The notes under the pieces: model-generated
What the model saw: only the letters and a program-made list of their open reading frames with translations
The model's database searches: none
Told to the model about the DNA's origin: nothing
In this document: in pieces, positions 28,296 through 40,522 of the stretch
Numbering within the stretch: the first letter of the stretch is position 1
Layout: each line of letters opens with the position of its first letter
Assembly (NCBI GenBank): GCA_963827475.1
Contig: CAWHAZ010000005.1
Location: 64,001-128,000, forward strand
DNA from: an uncultured Chloroflexia bacterium
Lineage (GTDB): Bacteria; Chloroflexota; Limnocylindria; QHBO01
DNA: 64,000 nt
Direction of reading: 5' to 3'
Program-made: the position numbers and the translations under genes

Positions 28296-30184
28296 ATGAC
28301 CACCTCGGAGCCCGACAGCTTCCTGGGTCGGGAGATCGCCGGCTACCAGATCGAGGAGATCATCGGCCGTGGCGGGATGGGCGTCGTGTACCGCGCCGAG
28401 CATCTCCGGCTCGGACGCAAGGTCGCGCTGAAGGTCGTCGCGCCGCAGATCGCCCGCGAGGAGAAGTTTCGCGAACGGTTCCTCCGCGAGTCGCGCACCG
28501 CCGGCACCCTGGACCATCCGAACGTCGTGCCGATGTACGACGCCGGCGAGGCCGATGGGGTCCTGTACATCGCGATGCGGTTCGTCGACGGGGTGGACCT
28601 CGCGACCCTGATCGCCCGCGACGGCCCGCTGGAGCCTGCCCGCACGGCGCGGATCGTGGCCCAGGTGGCGAGCGCGCTCGATGCCGCGCACGAGGCGGGC
28701 CTCGTCCACCGCGACGTGAAGCCGAGCAACGTCCTGCTGCCGGCTCGGGGAGCGGGGCGCGGGGAGCACGCCTACCTCGGTGACTTCGGGCTCACCAAAC
28801 GGGTCCTGTCCGAGTCGGGGGTCACCGGCTCCTCCGCGTTCCTCGGGACGATCGCCTACGTCGCTCCCGAGCAGATCGAGGGCCGCCCGGTGGACGCCCG
28901 GGCCGACGAGTACTCCCTCGCCTGCCTGACGTTTGAGTGCCTGACGGGTCGCCGGCCGTTCGAGCGGGAAACCGATATCGCGACCCTGTACGCCCATATC
29001 CGCGACCCGTTCCCGAGTGTCGGTGAAACGGTCGCGGCCGACGTCAGCCCCGCCGTGGACGCGATCCTGTCCCGGGCGGCCGCAAAGCAGCCGGCCGGCC
29101 GGTACGCCACCTGCGGCGAGATGGCCGACGAGCTGCTGCGGGTCACCGGTGCCTCGGCGCCCTCGACCGGGACCACGCCGGTCGTGGCGCCACCGCGCCC
29201 CGGAGGACGAAGGGGGCGCCGTGCGGTCATCGCCATTGGCGCGGCTGTCGGCCCTCGCGCTCGGCATCGCGGGGGTCGTCCTGTGGCAGAGCGTCCAGAC
29301 GCCGGGCCCGCTGTTTGCCGGAGCGGGGGTCGCGATGATCGATCCCGCCACGAACCGGGCGGAGGCGGCAGCCGAGCTGACCGACGACCCGACTGCCATC
29401 ACCGCCGACGCGAGCGCGGCGTGGGTTACCCACTTCACGGCCGGGACGGTGTCGCGGGTTGATGCCGCTGACCACGGCGTGTCCTCGATCACGGTCGGGA
29501 ACGCGCCGCGCGCGCTGGCCGCGGCGGAGCTGGAGGAAGGGCCCTCTGGTCTGGGTCGCGAACACGACCGACGAGACGCTGTCCGAGATCGATGCGGAGC
29601 AGCCGGACCAGCAGCCGGGTCCGTCGGCCCTCCTGTTTCGTCCCGGGGACATGGCCTACGGCGACGGGGTGATATGGATCATCGATGCGCTGAGGGAAAG
29701 CGTGGTCCCCGTTGACGCCGCGTCGCGGAGGGTGGGCGGTCCCATCGCCGTCGACGCCGGCCCCGAATTCGTGGCCGCGGGCGGCGGGGCCGTCTGGGTC
29801 TCGAACGCGATCGGCCGGAGCCTGAGCCGCGTCCCGGCCGGACTCACGGGCGCGGACCCGCCGATCGGACTTGATTTCACTCCCGGTGCCCTGGCGCTGG
29901 ACGTCGAGACCGATGCGCTATGGATCGTGGACGGTGACGGCGACTCCGTCGTGCGGTTCAACATTCGCACGCGCCAGGAGGAAGTCCGAATCGCGGTCGG
30001 CGCGCGCCCCGTGGCGATCGCCGTGGGCGCTGGCGCAATCTGGGTCGCGAACGCGGGGAGTGGCACTGTGTCACGGATCGACCCGGCCACCAACACGGTG
30101 GTGGCCACGATCACGATCGGTGGCGCTCTCCAGGACGTGGCCGTGTTCGGGACCACCGTCTGGGTCGCGGTGGCCGCGCCCTGA
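28296..30184 (+). CDS. Hanks-type Ser/Thr kinase with TM and extracellular YVTN/YncE-like beta-propeller; two frameshifts
   Basis: GRGGMGVV, VALK, HRDVKPSN, DFG, APE; C-terminal WVAN..GTVSRIDPATN repeats. Confidence 0.88.
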
Positions 30185-30701
30185 GCCGCCAGCTCGCGAC
30201 CAGGGCGGCTGTCGGGGTCGCGGCCCTGCTCGTCGTCGGCTGTGCGGGAACGCCCCCCAGCCCAAGTGAGCCCGCGCCCTCGGGCGAGTCGCAGGCGGGG
30301 CGAACGGCATGCGAAGGGTTGGAGCTCCGCGACCCGGCTGGGGAGCCGGTGTTCCTGGGCGGCCGTTGGATTGGCAGCGGGGACCCCAACGCGCTGCCCG
30401 GCTCCTTCGGTCTTCCTCTTTCGCCAGACGAACAGCTGCCTGACCTGGGTCGGGCTGAGCGCCGAGGACGGAGAAGCGCTCGGAGCATCCTGGATCGAGG
30501 CGTTCATCGGGCAGATCCGGGCGGATTTCACCGTCGTCGGAGCCTGGGAGGACGTTCCGGAGGGCGGACGGGGCTCGTTGACCGCCGCGATAGAGTTCGT
30601 GCCGGTCGGAAACGACTACGAGGTGGAGATCACCCTCGCTGACTCGAGCGGCGACATTCACCGAACCAAGCACTGGGTGCGAGAGGACGCCGGAACCGTG
30701 A
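30181..30701 (+). CDS. Lipoprotein, divergent member of the window's paralog family; frameshifted
   Basis: VVGC lipobox; CEGLELRDPAGEPVFLGGRW...QTNSCLTWVG...GQIRADFTVVG. Confidence 0.6.
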
Positions 30702-32316
30702 GTTCCTACCGGATCATGAGCGCGGTACTGATCGCGCTCTTGGGCGCATGCCAGTCCGCCTCGCTGTCAGAGTCTCCTCAGCCACCAGAAGGATCGGCGG
30801 TGGCCGCCGACCAGGTGCTCCGGATGGCCTACGTCGAGGTGGGAACTCTCGACCCCACGCTGACCACAGATCCGAACCTATCGCTGCTCGTCCGCGGACT
30901 GACGTGGTTCGATGAGGATCTGCGCACGGTCCCGGCGCTGGCCGAGTCCTGGGATATCACCGAGGGTGGAACCCACATCACGTTTCATCTGCGGGAGGCG
31001 ACCTACAGCTCCGGCGAGCCCATTGTGGCTGGAGACTTCGTCTACAGCTGGAAACGCCTGATCGATCCTCGGAATGAGACCGCGGTCCCTTACCTGCTCG
31101 CCGATGTGGTTGGGGCGCCGGCGCTGCTGGCCTTCGACGATCCGACCGACGAGGAGATCGAGGCCCGCCTCGATGGTCTCGCAGTTACGGCTTCCGACGA
31201 CCGGACGCTCGAGGTCGCACTCAGCCGCCCGGCCGTCCACTTTCCCGCTGCCGTGGGCAACCCGGCCATGGCCCCGGTTCCGGAGCGATGGATCACCCAA
31301 CCAGGCGCGACCGAGGCTGGCGGCTTCTGGTCATCCGGCCCGTTTGTGCTGACCGAGTGGGTGCACGACCAACGGCGGACATTCGAGCCGAACCCGATGT
31401 GGTGGGGCGATCCGATCAGCCTCGACCGAATCGAGATGCAGGCGTACCCCTCGGAGGCGAGTGCGGTTGAGGCATTTCGAACTGAAGAGATCGACATCCT
31501 CGGCTTGGGCGCGATTTCGACGGACCCCGGACTCGCCGCGCAGACCGTGGAGACGCCGGGAGCGGCGTTCTTCCATATCGACTTCGACATGCAGCGGCCC
31601 GATAGCCCGCTGGTGCGAGAGCCGGACCCTGCGCGAGGCGCTGAGCCTGGCCGTGGACCGCGAGGAGCTCAATCGAGTCGTTGGATTCAGCGGGCCGGTC
31701 GCCACCAGCCCGATCCCGCCCGGCGTACCCGGGCATGACCCGGACCTGGAGTCGGTCTTCGATCCCGATGAAGCGCAGCGAACCTTCGCCCGGGCGCTCG
31801 ATGAGCTGGGGCTGAGTGGCCCGGACGAGTTGGATCTGACCTTCCTGCACGGGACGTTGGTCGGCGACGGCCCGCGGGCGCTCGACCAGCAGTGGCGCGA
31901 TGTCCTCGGCCTCGAAGTCGCCTTCACCGGGCTCGAGAGCGGACCAATTCCTCGAGCTGGTGGGAAGCCACCAGTACGACATGTTCTGGCTCCAATGGAT
32001 CGCGGACTTCCCCCATCCGCAGTCCTACCTCGAACCTCCATGGGCGTGCGGTGGGTGGGGCAACGCATCGGGATACTGCAACCCAGAGCTGGATCGGCTG
32101 CTGGCCGAAGCCGCCACGACCGTCGATGAAGCGGAACAGCTGGACCTCTACGGCCAGGCCCAACGCGTCCTCGTCGGAGACGATGCCCACATCTTCGTCC
32201 AATGGCGGGGTGCCTTCGCGCTCGTGGCCCCGCGGGTCGACGGTCTGGTGGTCACCCCGTTCGATTCGCTGTACGGGCTCATGTTCCCGGAGCAGATCCG
32301 CATCGTGGCTGACTAG
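30698..32316 (+). CDS. Peptide ABC transporter substrate-binding lipoprotein (OppA family), orphan; frameshifted
   Basis: LGAC lipobox; PALAESW..S, TFHLR..YSSGEPI.A.DFVYSWKR, SGPF, LREALSLAVDRE, WIADFP. Confidence 0.85.
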
Positions 32317-34335
32317 GGCGGACCAGCCGGCGCGTCGCTGATTCGAGTCCGGATGCGGTCGGCGGCGACCTCGTCGCCGAGCTTGTTCGCGGCGCGCAGG
32401 GCGCGCAGCCACAACCGTCCCGCCTCGTCGGTGGCGCCCAGCTGGGCGGCTCGCTCCGCTCCACGCTCGAGGTAGGCGAGCGCTTTCGGCAAGTCGTTGG
32501 CCCGCGCGTAGTGATGGCCGAGCTCCTCGAGATGGGCCTCGACGTCCGCGCCGTCCTGCGACTCGAAGGCGCGCGCCGCCGCCAGGTGGAGCTCGGCCCG
32601 GCGCGCATCGGTCAGCGTGCTGAGCACCGCTTCCAGGATCAGGCCGTGACGGAAGGCGTATGCCGGATTCGGGAAGCGGCCGCGCTCGACGATCACGCCC
32701 GCCCGGACGAGAGCATCAATTGACGCGTCCAGCGAGCCGTCCTCGCCGGTCATTCGCTCGAGAGTGGGACGGCTGAACTCGCGACCCAGGATCCCAGCGG
32801 CCTGGGCGACGGACCGCACCTCCGGGGCGAGGTAGTCGATGCGGGCCACCAGCAGGCCCTCCAGCGCCGGCGGCAGGACGTTGCGGGGCACGCTCAGCGT
32901 CCACGCCTGGTGATCCGCGGCAAGGGCGCCGGTCTCGCGGAGCCGGGCGATCAGCTCCTCGAGGAACAGGGGATTCCCTTCGCTCACCTCGCCCAGCGTC
33001 CGGCGGGTGCCAGGATCCAGGCTCTCCCCCGGCAACAGGAGGGCCACCAGCTCCTCGGTGGCGCCTGCGCTGAGCGGCTCGAGGTCGATGGTGGTCAGCC
33101 GGTGGCTGAAGTCGCTCAGGGCTCGCGTTCGGAGCTCCCAGCCGCGGGTGCCCGGGTCGGGCCGCAGGGTCAGGATGAGACCGATGGGCGCTCGATCGGT
33201 GAGGGACATGACGTCGCCGGCCAGCTCAGCGGAGGAGTCGTCGGCCCAGTTCACGTCTTCGATCGCCACCCAGGTCGGCGACTCGGCGGCAACCCGGCGC
33301 AGCCACTCGACGTAGGCGGCACGCAGGCGGGCGGCGATGTCGGCCGGCGCGAGGTCCGTCAGGTCGCCGTCGCCCTCCGGGTCCAGCCGGATCCCGAGCA
33401 AGCGTGCGAGCTCCGGCAGATATCGGGCGCCGTCGTCGCCCATCCGCGCCCGGAGACGGGTGCGGAGCGCGAGGTCCGACCCGCCATCGGCACCGAGCCA
33501 CGCCGCGCAGGATCTCGACGAAGGGGCCGTACGCCGATCGCGCGCCGAACGACCGGCTGTGACCCTCGAGCCAGGTGACTTGCGGGCCGGCCCGCTCCCG
33601 CGCTTCCGCCAGCAGGCGTGTCTTGCCAATCCCCGCTTCCCCGACCAGCAGCACGACCTGGCCCTGCCCGCTGGCGAGCCGGTCCAGGGCGGTGTCCAGG
33701 CGGCCCAGCTCCGCCGCGCGCCCAACCAGCGGCCGCGTGTCGGCGATCTCGGTGACCGTCGCCGGGCCGACGAGCCGCCAGGTGCCCACCGGTTCGGCCC
33801 GGCCCTTGACCTCAACCTCCCCGAGGGGTTCGGTCAGGAACTTCCCGCCCAGGCGGCGCGCAGTCTCCTCACCGACCACGATCGTCCCGGGAGCGGCCCG
33901 GGACTCGAGCCGGGCGGCGACGTTGGTGGCGTCGCCGAGGGCCACGACCTGCGGGTCGTCGGCACCGACCAGGCCGACCCCGGCCCGGCCGCTGTTGATC
34001 CCGACCCGCACGCCGAGCTCGGAAATGCCCCACGCCGCTTCGACCTCGCGGCCGTAGGCGCCCATCAGCTCGACGATGCGCAGGCCCGCCCGCGCCGCCC
34101 GCTCCGGGTCGTCCTCGTGGGCGGTCGGCACGCCGAAGTAGGCACAGATCCCATCGCCCTGGTAGGCCTGCACCGTGCCGCCGTACTCCTCGACGGCGCG
34201 ACTCATCCGCGTCACGCACTCGCCGATGAGGGCCTTCACCTCGTCCGGGGCCAGCCGCTCGCCCAGCCCGGTCGAGCCGGAGATGTCGGCGAAGAGGGCG
34301 GTGATGGGGCGCAGCTCGTCGGGGTGACCCGCCAT
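32313..34335 (-). CDS. Class III nucleotide cyclase fused to AAA/STAND ATPase; frameshift near 33500
   Basis: LFADISGST, GDG, GDATNVAARLE, GEAGIGKTRL, EDVNWAD, GNPLFLEE, YAFRH. Confidence 0.88.
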
Positions 34336-34345
34336 AGCGCGGATG

Positions 34346-35315
34346 CTAGTGACTTGCGCTGGCCGCCGGAACCTCCGCGAGGATGGACCGATACATCTCG
34401 GGGTCGATGTTCCCGCCGCTGAGGACGATCACGCGCTGGCCACCGGACGCGCCCGCCGCCCCGGTGAGGTGGGCGGCCATGCTGGCCGCGCCCGAGGGCT
34501 CGACGACGAGGCGAGCGCGGAGCGTGAGCTGCCGGATCGCGTCGCGCATCTGGTCGTCGGTCACCGTCACGATCTCATCCACGAGGGCCTGGATGTGGGC
34601 CCACGGGAGGTCGCCGATTCGGTTCACCCGCAGCCCGTCGGCGATGGTCTTGTGGGTCCGCTCGGTCGGCCACGTCCGGATCTCGCCGGCCGCGAGCGAC
34701 TCCCGGGCGTCAGCCGCCTCTTCCGGCTCCACGCCGATGATCCGCGCGGCGGGAACGAGCGCCTTCACCGCGGCCGCAATCCCGCTGATCAGCCCTCCAC
34801 CGCTGACCGGGACGATGACCTCGGTCACGTCCGGCAGATCCTCGACGATCTCGAGGCCGCAGGTCCCCTGGCCGGCGATGATCTCCGGGTCGTCGTACGG
34901 CGGGACGAGGGTCAGGCGCCGCTCGACGGCCATCTCCTCGGCCAGCGCCCGCCGCGCGTCGTTGCCGGGAGCGGCGAGGATGAGCTCGGCACCGTCGGCC
35001 CGGACGCGGTCGACCTTGAGCGACGGCGCGTCCTCGGGCATGACGATGACCGCCTGGATCCCGAGCAGCCGGGCGGCGCGGGCCACGCGCCTGGGCGTGG
35101 TTTCCGCTGGAGTAGGTGATGACCCCGGCGGCCCGTTCCGCATCGGTCAGGGTCGAGAGGCGGAAGTAGGCGCCCCGCATCTTGAATGCGCCCACTGGCT
35201 GGAGGCTCTCGGGCTTGAGCCATACGCCGTCGTCCCAGGGCAGCAGCGGCGTCCGCACCGCGACACCTCGAATCACGTCGGCTGCGTCCCGGATCCGGTC
35301 GAGCGTCACGAGCAC
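34346..35315 (-). CDS. PLP-dependent threonine/serine dehydratase; frameshift near 35090
   Basis: [39 protein letters not shown]. Confidence 0.9.
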
Positions 35316-35355
35316 GACCCGATGCTAGCCCGTCGCGGCAACGCAGCCCTCTACC

Positions 35356-35958
35356 ATGAGCGGACGAATGAGCAGGCGACAGCTGGCCCACGGTCGCGGG
35401 GATGGTGCTGGCGCTCGCCGCGCTCGCCGTGCTCACGCTGGCTGCATGCACGCAGAGTCGCTGCTCTCCAGCGGTTCACCGGTCCCGACGTCCGGGACCG
35501 GTACCGCCGCAGCCTGCGAACCGATCCGGCTGACCTCGCCACAGGGCGAGCCCGTGGACCTCACCGGGACGTGGGACGGTGGCGTCTTCCTGCACCATGT
35601 CCGCCAGGTCGGCGACTGCGTGTCGTGGATCGGCTACGCCCGGTGGCCGGGCACCGAGCCGGGTGACCTGGCCACCATCACGTTCTTCGGGCGCATCGCC
35701 GCCGATTTCAGCGTCGCCGGGACGTGGACCACGATCGTCCGTCCAAATGCTGTGGACGCCTACTACCCACCGTCGCCCGACGGGCCAGTCAGGTTCCTGA
35801 TCGAGTTCGATCCGGAGCTCGGGACGGTGTCCGAGCTGGTTCTCACCGGCTACGACCCGGGCCTCATCTCGTTGGAGTTTCCGATTCCGTATCCATCCCA
35901 GGTGCTGCGGTGGGTCGGACCGCTGCCGGAGTCCGCCAACCCGCCGCAGCAGCGGTAG
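35356..35958 (+). CDS. Lipoprotein of the paralog family; frameshift in the signal region
   Basis: LAAC lipobox in alternate frame; CEPIRLTSPQGEPVDLTGTW...QVGDCVSW...GRIAADF. Confidence 0.65.
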   Translation: MSGRMSRRQLAHGRGDGAGARRARRAHAGCMHAESLLSSGSPVPTSGTGTAAACEPIRLTSPQGEPVDLTGTWDGGVFLHHVRQVGDCVSWIGYARWPGTEPGDLATITFFGRIAADFSVAGTWTTIVRPNAVDAYYPPSPDGPVRFLIEFDPELGTVSELVLTGYDPGLISLEFPIPYPSQVLRWVGPLPESANPPQQR

Positions 35959-35973
35959 TCGCTTCGCAAGCGC

Positions 35974-37102
<1,129 letters not shown>

Positions 37103-37170
37103 GAGACCGATGGTACGCCGTCCGTCCACGGTCTTCCGCCGGCGAGGCGGCTCCCGTATCCTCCGCCGCA

Positions 37171-37736
37171 ATGCGCCCACGGCCCGAGGTGCCCAACTTC
37201 TGCTTGGCGCTGCGCTGCTCGGCGCCTGCCTGCCCTCAACCCCGTCGTCGCCGTCCGCCGAGCCGTCGCCCAGCGTCTCGGCTTCGGCGGTGGGAGGTTA
37301 CCGCCCGGCTGCGAGCCGATCGGAGCTGCGGGCGCCAAGCGGGGAGCGCATCGACCTGAACGGGACGTGGTTCGAGGACGCCGAGGGCGAGCCGATGACC
37401 TGGCGGATCAAGACCCAGGGGAGCTGCGTCTGGGGGGTCGGCATCGTGGAGAGCGTTCCGTACGAGGAAGCCAGCGACGTCGGGAAACATCCAGACGTTC
37501 CGGGGTCAGATCGGAACGCGACTTCGTCATCGACGGCGAGATCGTGCTCATGGGTCCGGATGTGAACTTCTTCAGGCCGCCGATCTATCTCCCGGTCCGA
37601 TTCCTCATCGAGTTCGACGACAGCGGGCAGGTCAGCCTTCTGGAGGACCGTGAGCCCGGCGTGCCCGGGCCTCGATGCGTCGACCCCGCGAACGCCTGCC
37701 TGCGGCCGCTCGTCCTGCGGCCAGAGCGACGAGTAG
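37171..37736 (+). CDS. Lipoprotein paralog (tandem copy 1); frameshifted
   Basis: LGAC; ELRAPSGERIDLNGTW...TQGSCVWG...EDREPG..GPRC..C.RPLVL. Confidence 0.65.
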
Positions 37737-37745
37737 ATCTGACCG

Positions 37746-38319
37746 ATGCGCGAGCGGCTGTCCGCCTTCTTCCGCTGCTGCCGTCCTTATCCTGGTGTGG
37801 GGCTGCTCGCCGCCGACCTCGCCCTCGCCATCGGTCCGACCTTCTGCGAGCCCATCCGATGCCGCCGTGAGCGGCCTGCCGCCCGGCTGCGCGCCACACG
37901 AAGTGCGCGGCCCGGACGGGGAACGCATCGACCTCGATGGGACGTGGGTCGAAGAGGTTGGCGAGGACGAGGCGCCAATGACGTGGTGGATCCGGACGCA
38001 GGGAGACTGCGTGTGGGGTGCGGGCACCGTGGATGACGTTCCGACCGCCGGCGCGTCGGTTCCGGACACCGTGCAGACCATCCGCGGTCGTCTCGGGTCG
38101 GACCTGATCATCGATGGGGAGATTCTGCGGTTAGGCCCATACGCACCTCCGACGCCGCCCGCGCGATCTACTCCCCGATACGCCTCAAGGTCGACTTCGA
38201 CGACGACGGCCAGGTCGTCCTGCGCGAGGATCGCGTCTACGGCGCCGCAGGCCCGCGCTGCGGGGACCCGGTGTTCTTCTGCATCCCCGTCCTTGTCCTG
38301 CGGCCGGCCGGAGGAATAG
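37746..38319 (+). CDS. Lipoprotein paralog (tandem copy 2); frameshifted
   Basis: WGC; GLPPGC...GERIDLDGTW...TQGDCVWG...GRLGSD. Confidence 0.65.
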
Positions 38320-38327
38320 ACAGACCG

Positions 38328-38898
38328 ATGCGCGCGCGGCTCGCCTCCCGCTTTCGCTGCTGCTCCTCGTCCTTGGTGTGGGGCTGCACGCCGTCGACGT
38401 CGCCTTCGCCTCGGTCCAGCCATCGGTCAGTCCCTCGGAGGCAGCGGTGAGCGGCCTGCCGCCCGGCTGCGAACCGATCGACCTGCGCGGCCCCAACGGG
38501 GACCGCATCGTCCTGGACGGGGAGTGGGTCGAGGTCGGCGACCCGGATCGAGAACCGCTCATGACGTGGTGGATTGCATCGCAGGGGGACTGCGTGTGGG
38601 GCGCCGGTCAGACGCCGGAAGTCAGGAATGAGTACCCGTCGGGTCCGGACCAGGTCCAGAGCCTCAGCGGTCGGATCGGGTCTGACTTCGTGATCACCGG
38701 CGAGATCCTCGTGCTGGGGCCCACGCCGGGCGCGCCGGGCGCCCCGGCCCGTTACGCGCCGCTGCGGATGCTCATCGATCTCGAGGACGGATGAGATCCT
38801 CCTGCGCGAAGACCGCGAACCCGACGAGGTCGGGCCTCGTTGTCCGGGTACCTTCAGCTACTGCGCGGCACAGCTCGTCCTGCGGCGGGCCAGACTGA
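38328..38898 (+). CDS. Lipoprotein paralog (tandem copy 3); frameshifted
   Basis: GLPPGCEPIDLRGPNGDRIVLDGEW...QGDCVWG...GRIGSDF. Confidence 0.65.
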
Positions 38899-39461
38899 TG
38901 CGCGTCGGATTCCGCCCGGCGCTCGGGGTCGCGCTGCTGCTCCTCGTCTGTGGCTGCACGCCGTCGACGTCACCGTCGGCATCGGTCGTGCCATCCGCGA
39001 GCCCCTCCGAAGTCGCCGTGGGTGCCCTCCCGCCCGGCTGTGAGCCGATGGACCTGCGCGACGCGAACGGTGAGCGCATCGAGTTGGACGGGACCTGGAC
39101 CGAGGCGAGCGGAGGAAACCAGATGACCTGGTGGCTTCGCACGGAGGGGGACTGCGTTTGGGGTTCGGGTCACGTGGCCGACATAGCGGCACCCGGCGCC
39201 CCGGCGGCGGCTCCTCACACCGTGCAGAGTCTGAGCGGACGGGTCGGGGGGGACTTCGTCATCACCGGTGGAATTCTGTTCCTGGGCCCGCGCCCGCTTG
39301 GCAACCTGCCCCCGTACTCCCCTCTGCGGATGCTTCTCCAGTTCGACGACGCGGGCGGACTCGTCCTCAGGGAAGACCGCGAACCTGGCGCGGTCGGGCC
39401 CCGGTGCCCGGAACCGACGGCGTACTGCCCGGCACCGCTCGTCCTGGAGCGGGCGGACTAG
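38898..39461 (+). CDS. Lipoprotein paralog (tandem copy 4), intact 187 aa
   Basis: VCGC lipobox; LPPGCEPMDLR...GDCVWG...LREDREPGAVGPRC...YCPAPLVL. Confidence 0.75.
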   Translation: MRVGFRPALGVALLLLVCGCTPSTSPSASVVPSASPSEVAVGALPPGCEPMDLRDANGERIELDGTWTEASGGNQMTWWLRTEGDCVWGSGHVADIAAPGAPAAAPHTVQSLSGRVGGDFVITGGILFLGPRPLGNLPPYSPLRMLLQFDDAGGLVLREDREPGAVGPRCPEPTAYCPAPLVLERAD

Positions 39462-39487
39462 GTCGCCGGCTTCGGTATCCTGCGTCC

Positions 39488-39748
39488 ATGATCTTCATCG
39501 CCATCATCATCATCGGCCTCGTGGCCGGCTACCTCGCCAACCGGGTCGTCGGCAAGGGGCGGGGCTACAGTCCGCTCGAGCTGCTGCTCGTCGGCCTCGC
39601 CGGCTCGGTCGTGGGCGGCACCCTGTTCAGCCTGCTGGCGGGGGAGGGCTTCGACCTGCGCCTCGGTGGATTCATCGGTGCGACGATTGGCGCCATCCTG
39701 CTCCTGGCAGTGTACGGACCGATACGGTCGCGAATGGGTTCGGCCTAG
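39488..39748 (+). CDS. GlsB/YeaQ/YmgE (transglycosylase-associated) membrane protein
   Basis: IIGLVAGYLA...VGLAGSVVGG...ATIGAILLL. Confidence 0.85.
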   Translation: MIFIAIIIIGLVAGYLANRVVGKGRGYSPLELLLVGLAGSVVGGTLFSLLAGEGFDLRLGGFIGATIGAILLLAVYGPIRSRMGSA

Positions 39749-40480
39749 TCGATCTCCGCGCCCAGCGCGACGTCGATCATCCGCTCGACGGCGGCCGACA
39801 GCTCCTCGGTGCTCAGGTAGGTGTGCTCCTGGTTCTCCTCGCCGGAGTCGATGTCGACCGCCACGCCCGAGGCAGGCCGCCTGGACCCTCTTCACCGCGG
39901 CGAGATAGAACAGCACGCTGGCTTCCATCTCCACGCAGAGGACTCCGGCGTCCCGCCACGGAGCCACGAAATTCGAGTCGCCGTGGTAGTGCGAGAAGAC
40001 GTCGATGCTCGCGATCGGCCCGACATGGTGGGGCGCGCCCAGCTTCTCCGCTGAATGGACCAGGGCATGGGTCAGGGCGAAGTCCGCCGCCGGGGCGTAG
40101 GGCTTGCCGCCCATGAAGGTGGCCACCGTGCCGTCGACCGGGGTGGCGGAGGTGGCGATGATGATGTCCCCCAGGCCGATGTCGGCGCTCAGCGCCCCGG
40201 TCGTCCCGACCCGGACCAACTGTCGTCCACCGAGCCGGATGAGCTCCTCGGCCACGACACCGATGGACGGGCCGCCCATGCCGGTGGTCTGGACGCTCAC
40301 CGCGCGGCCGTTCACCGTCCCGGTGTAGCCCAACAGCCCGCGGTGCTCGTTCACCACGCGAGCGGCTTCCAGTCCGCCGTCGAAGCGGGCGGCGATGGTC
40401 GTCGCCCGGCCCGGATCACCGGGCAGCAGCACGAACGGGGCGTAGTCGCCGGGCTCGGCGTGGAGGTGGATCTGCGGCAC
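39745..40480 (-). CDS. deoD: Purine nucleoside phosphorylase (DeoD type); frameshift near 39870
   Basis: LLPGDPGRA, RGLLGYTG, GMGGPS, RVGT, VEMEAS. Confidence 0.88.
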
Positions 40481-40522
40481 GGATACAGCCTAGCCGGTCG
40501 GGGGCTCGGCTAGCATGCCGAG

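Noticed and set aside
30242-31738. Apparent fusion of a lipoprotein domain to OppA
   Set aside because: An internal signal peptide/lipobox (LGAC) and a GTGA junction at 30698 indicate two genes joined by an indel.
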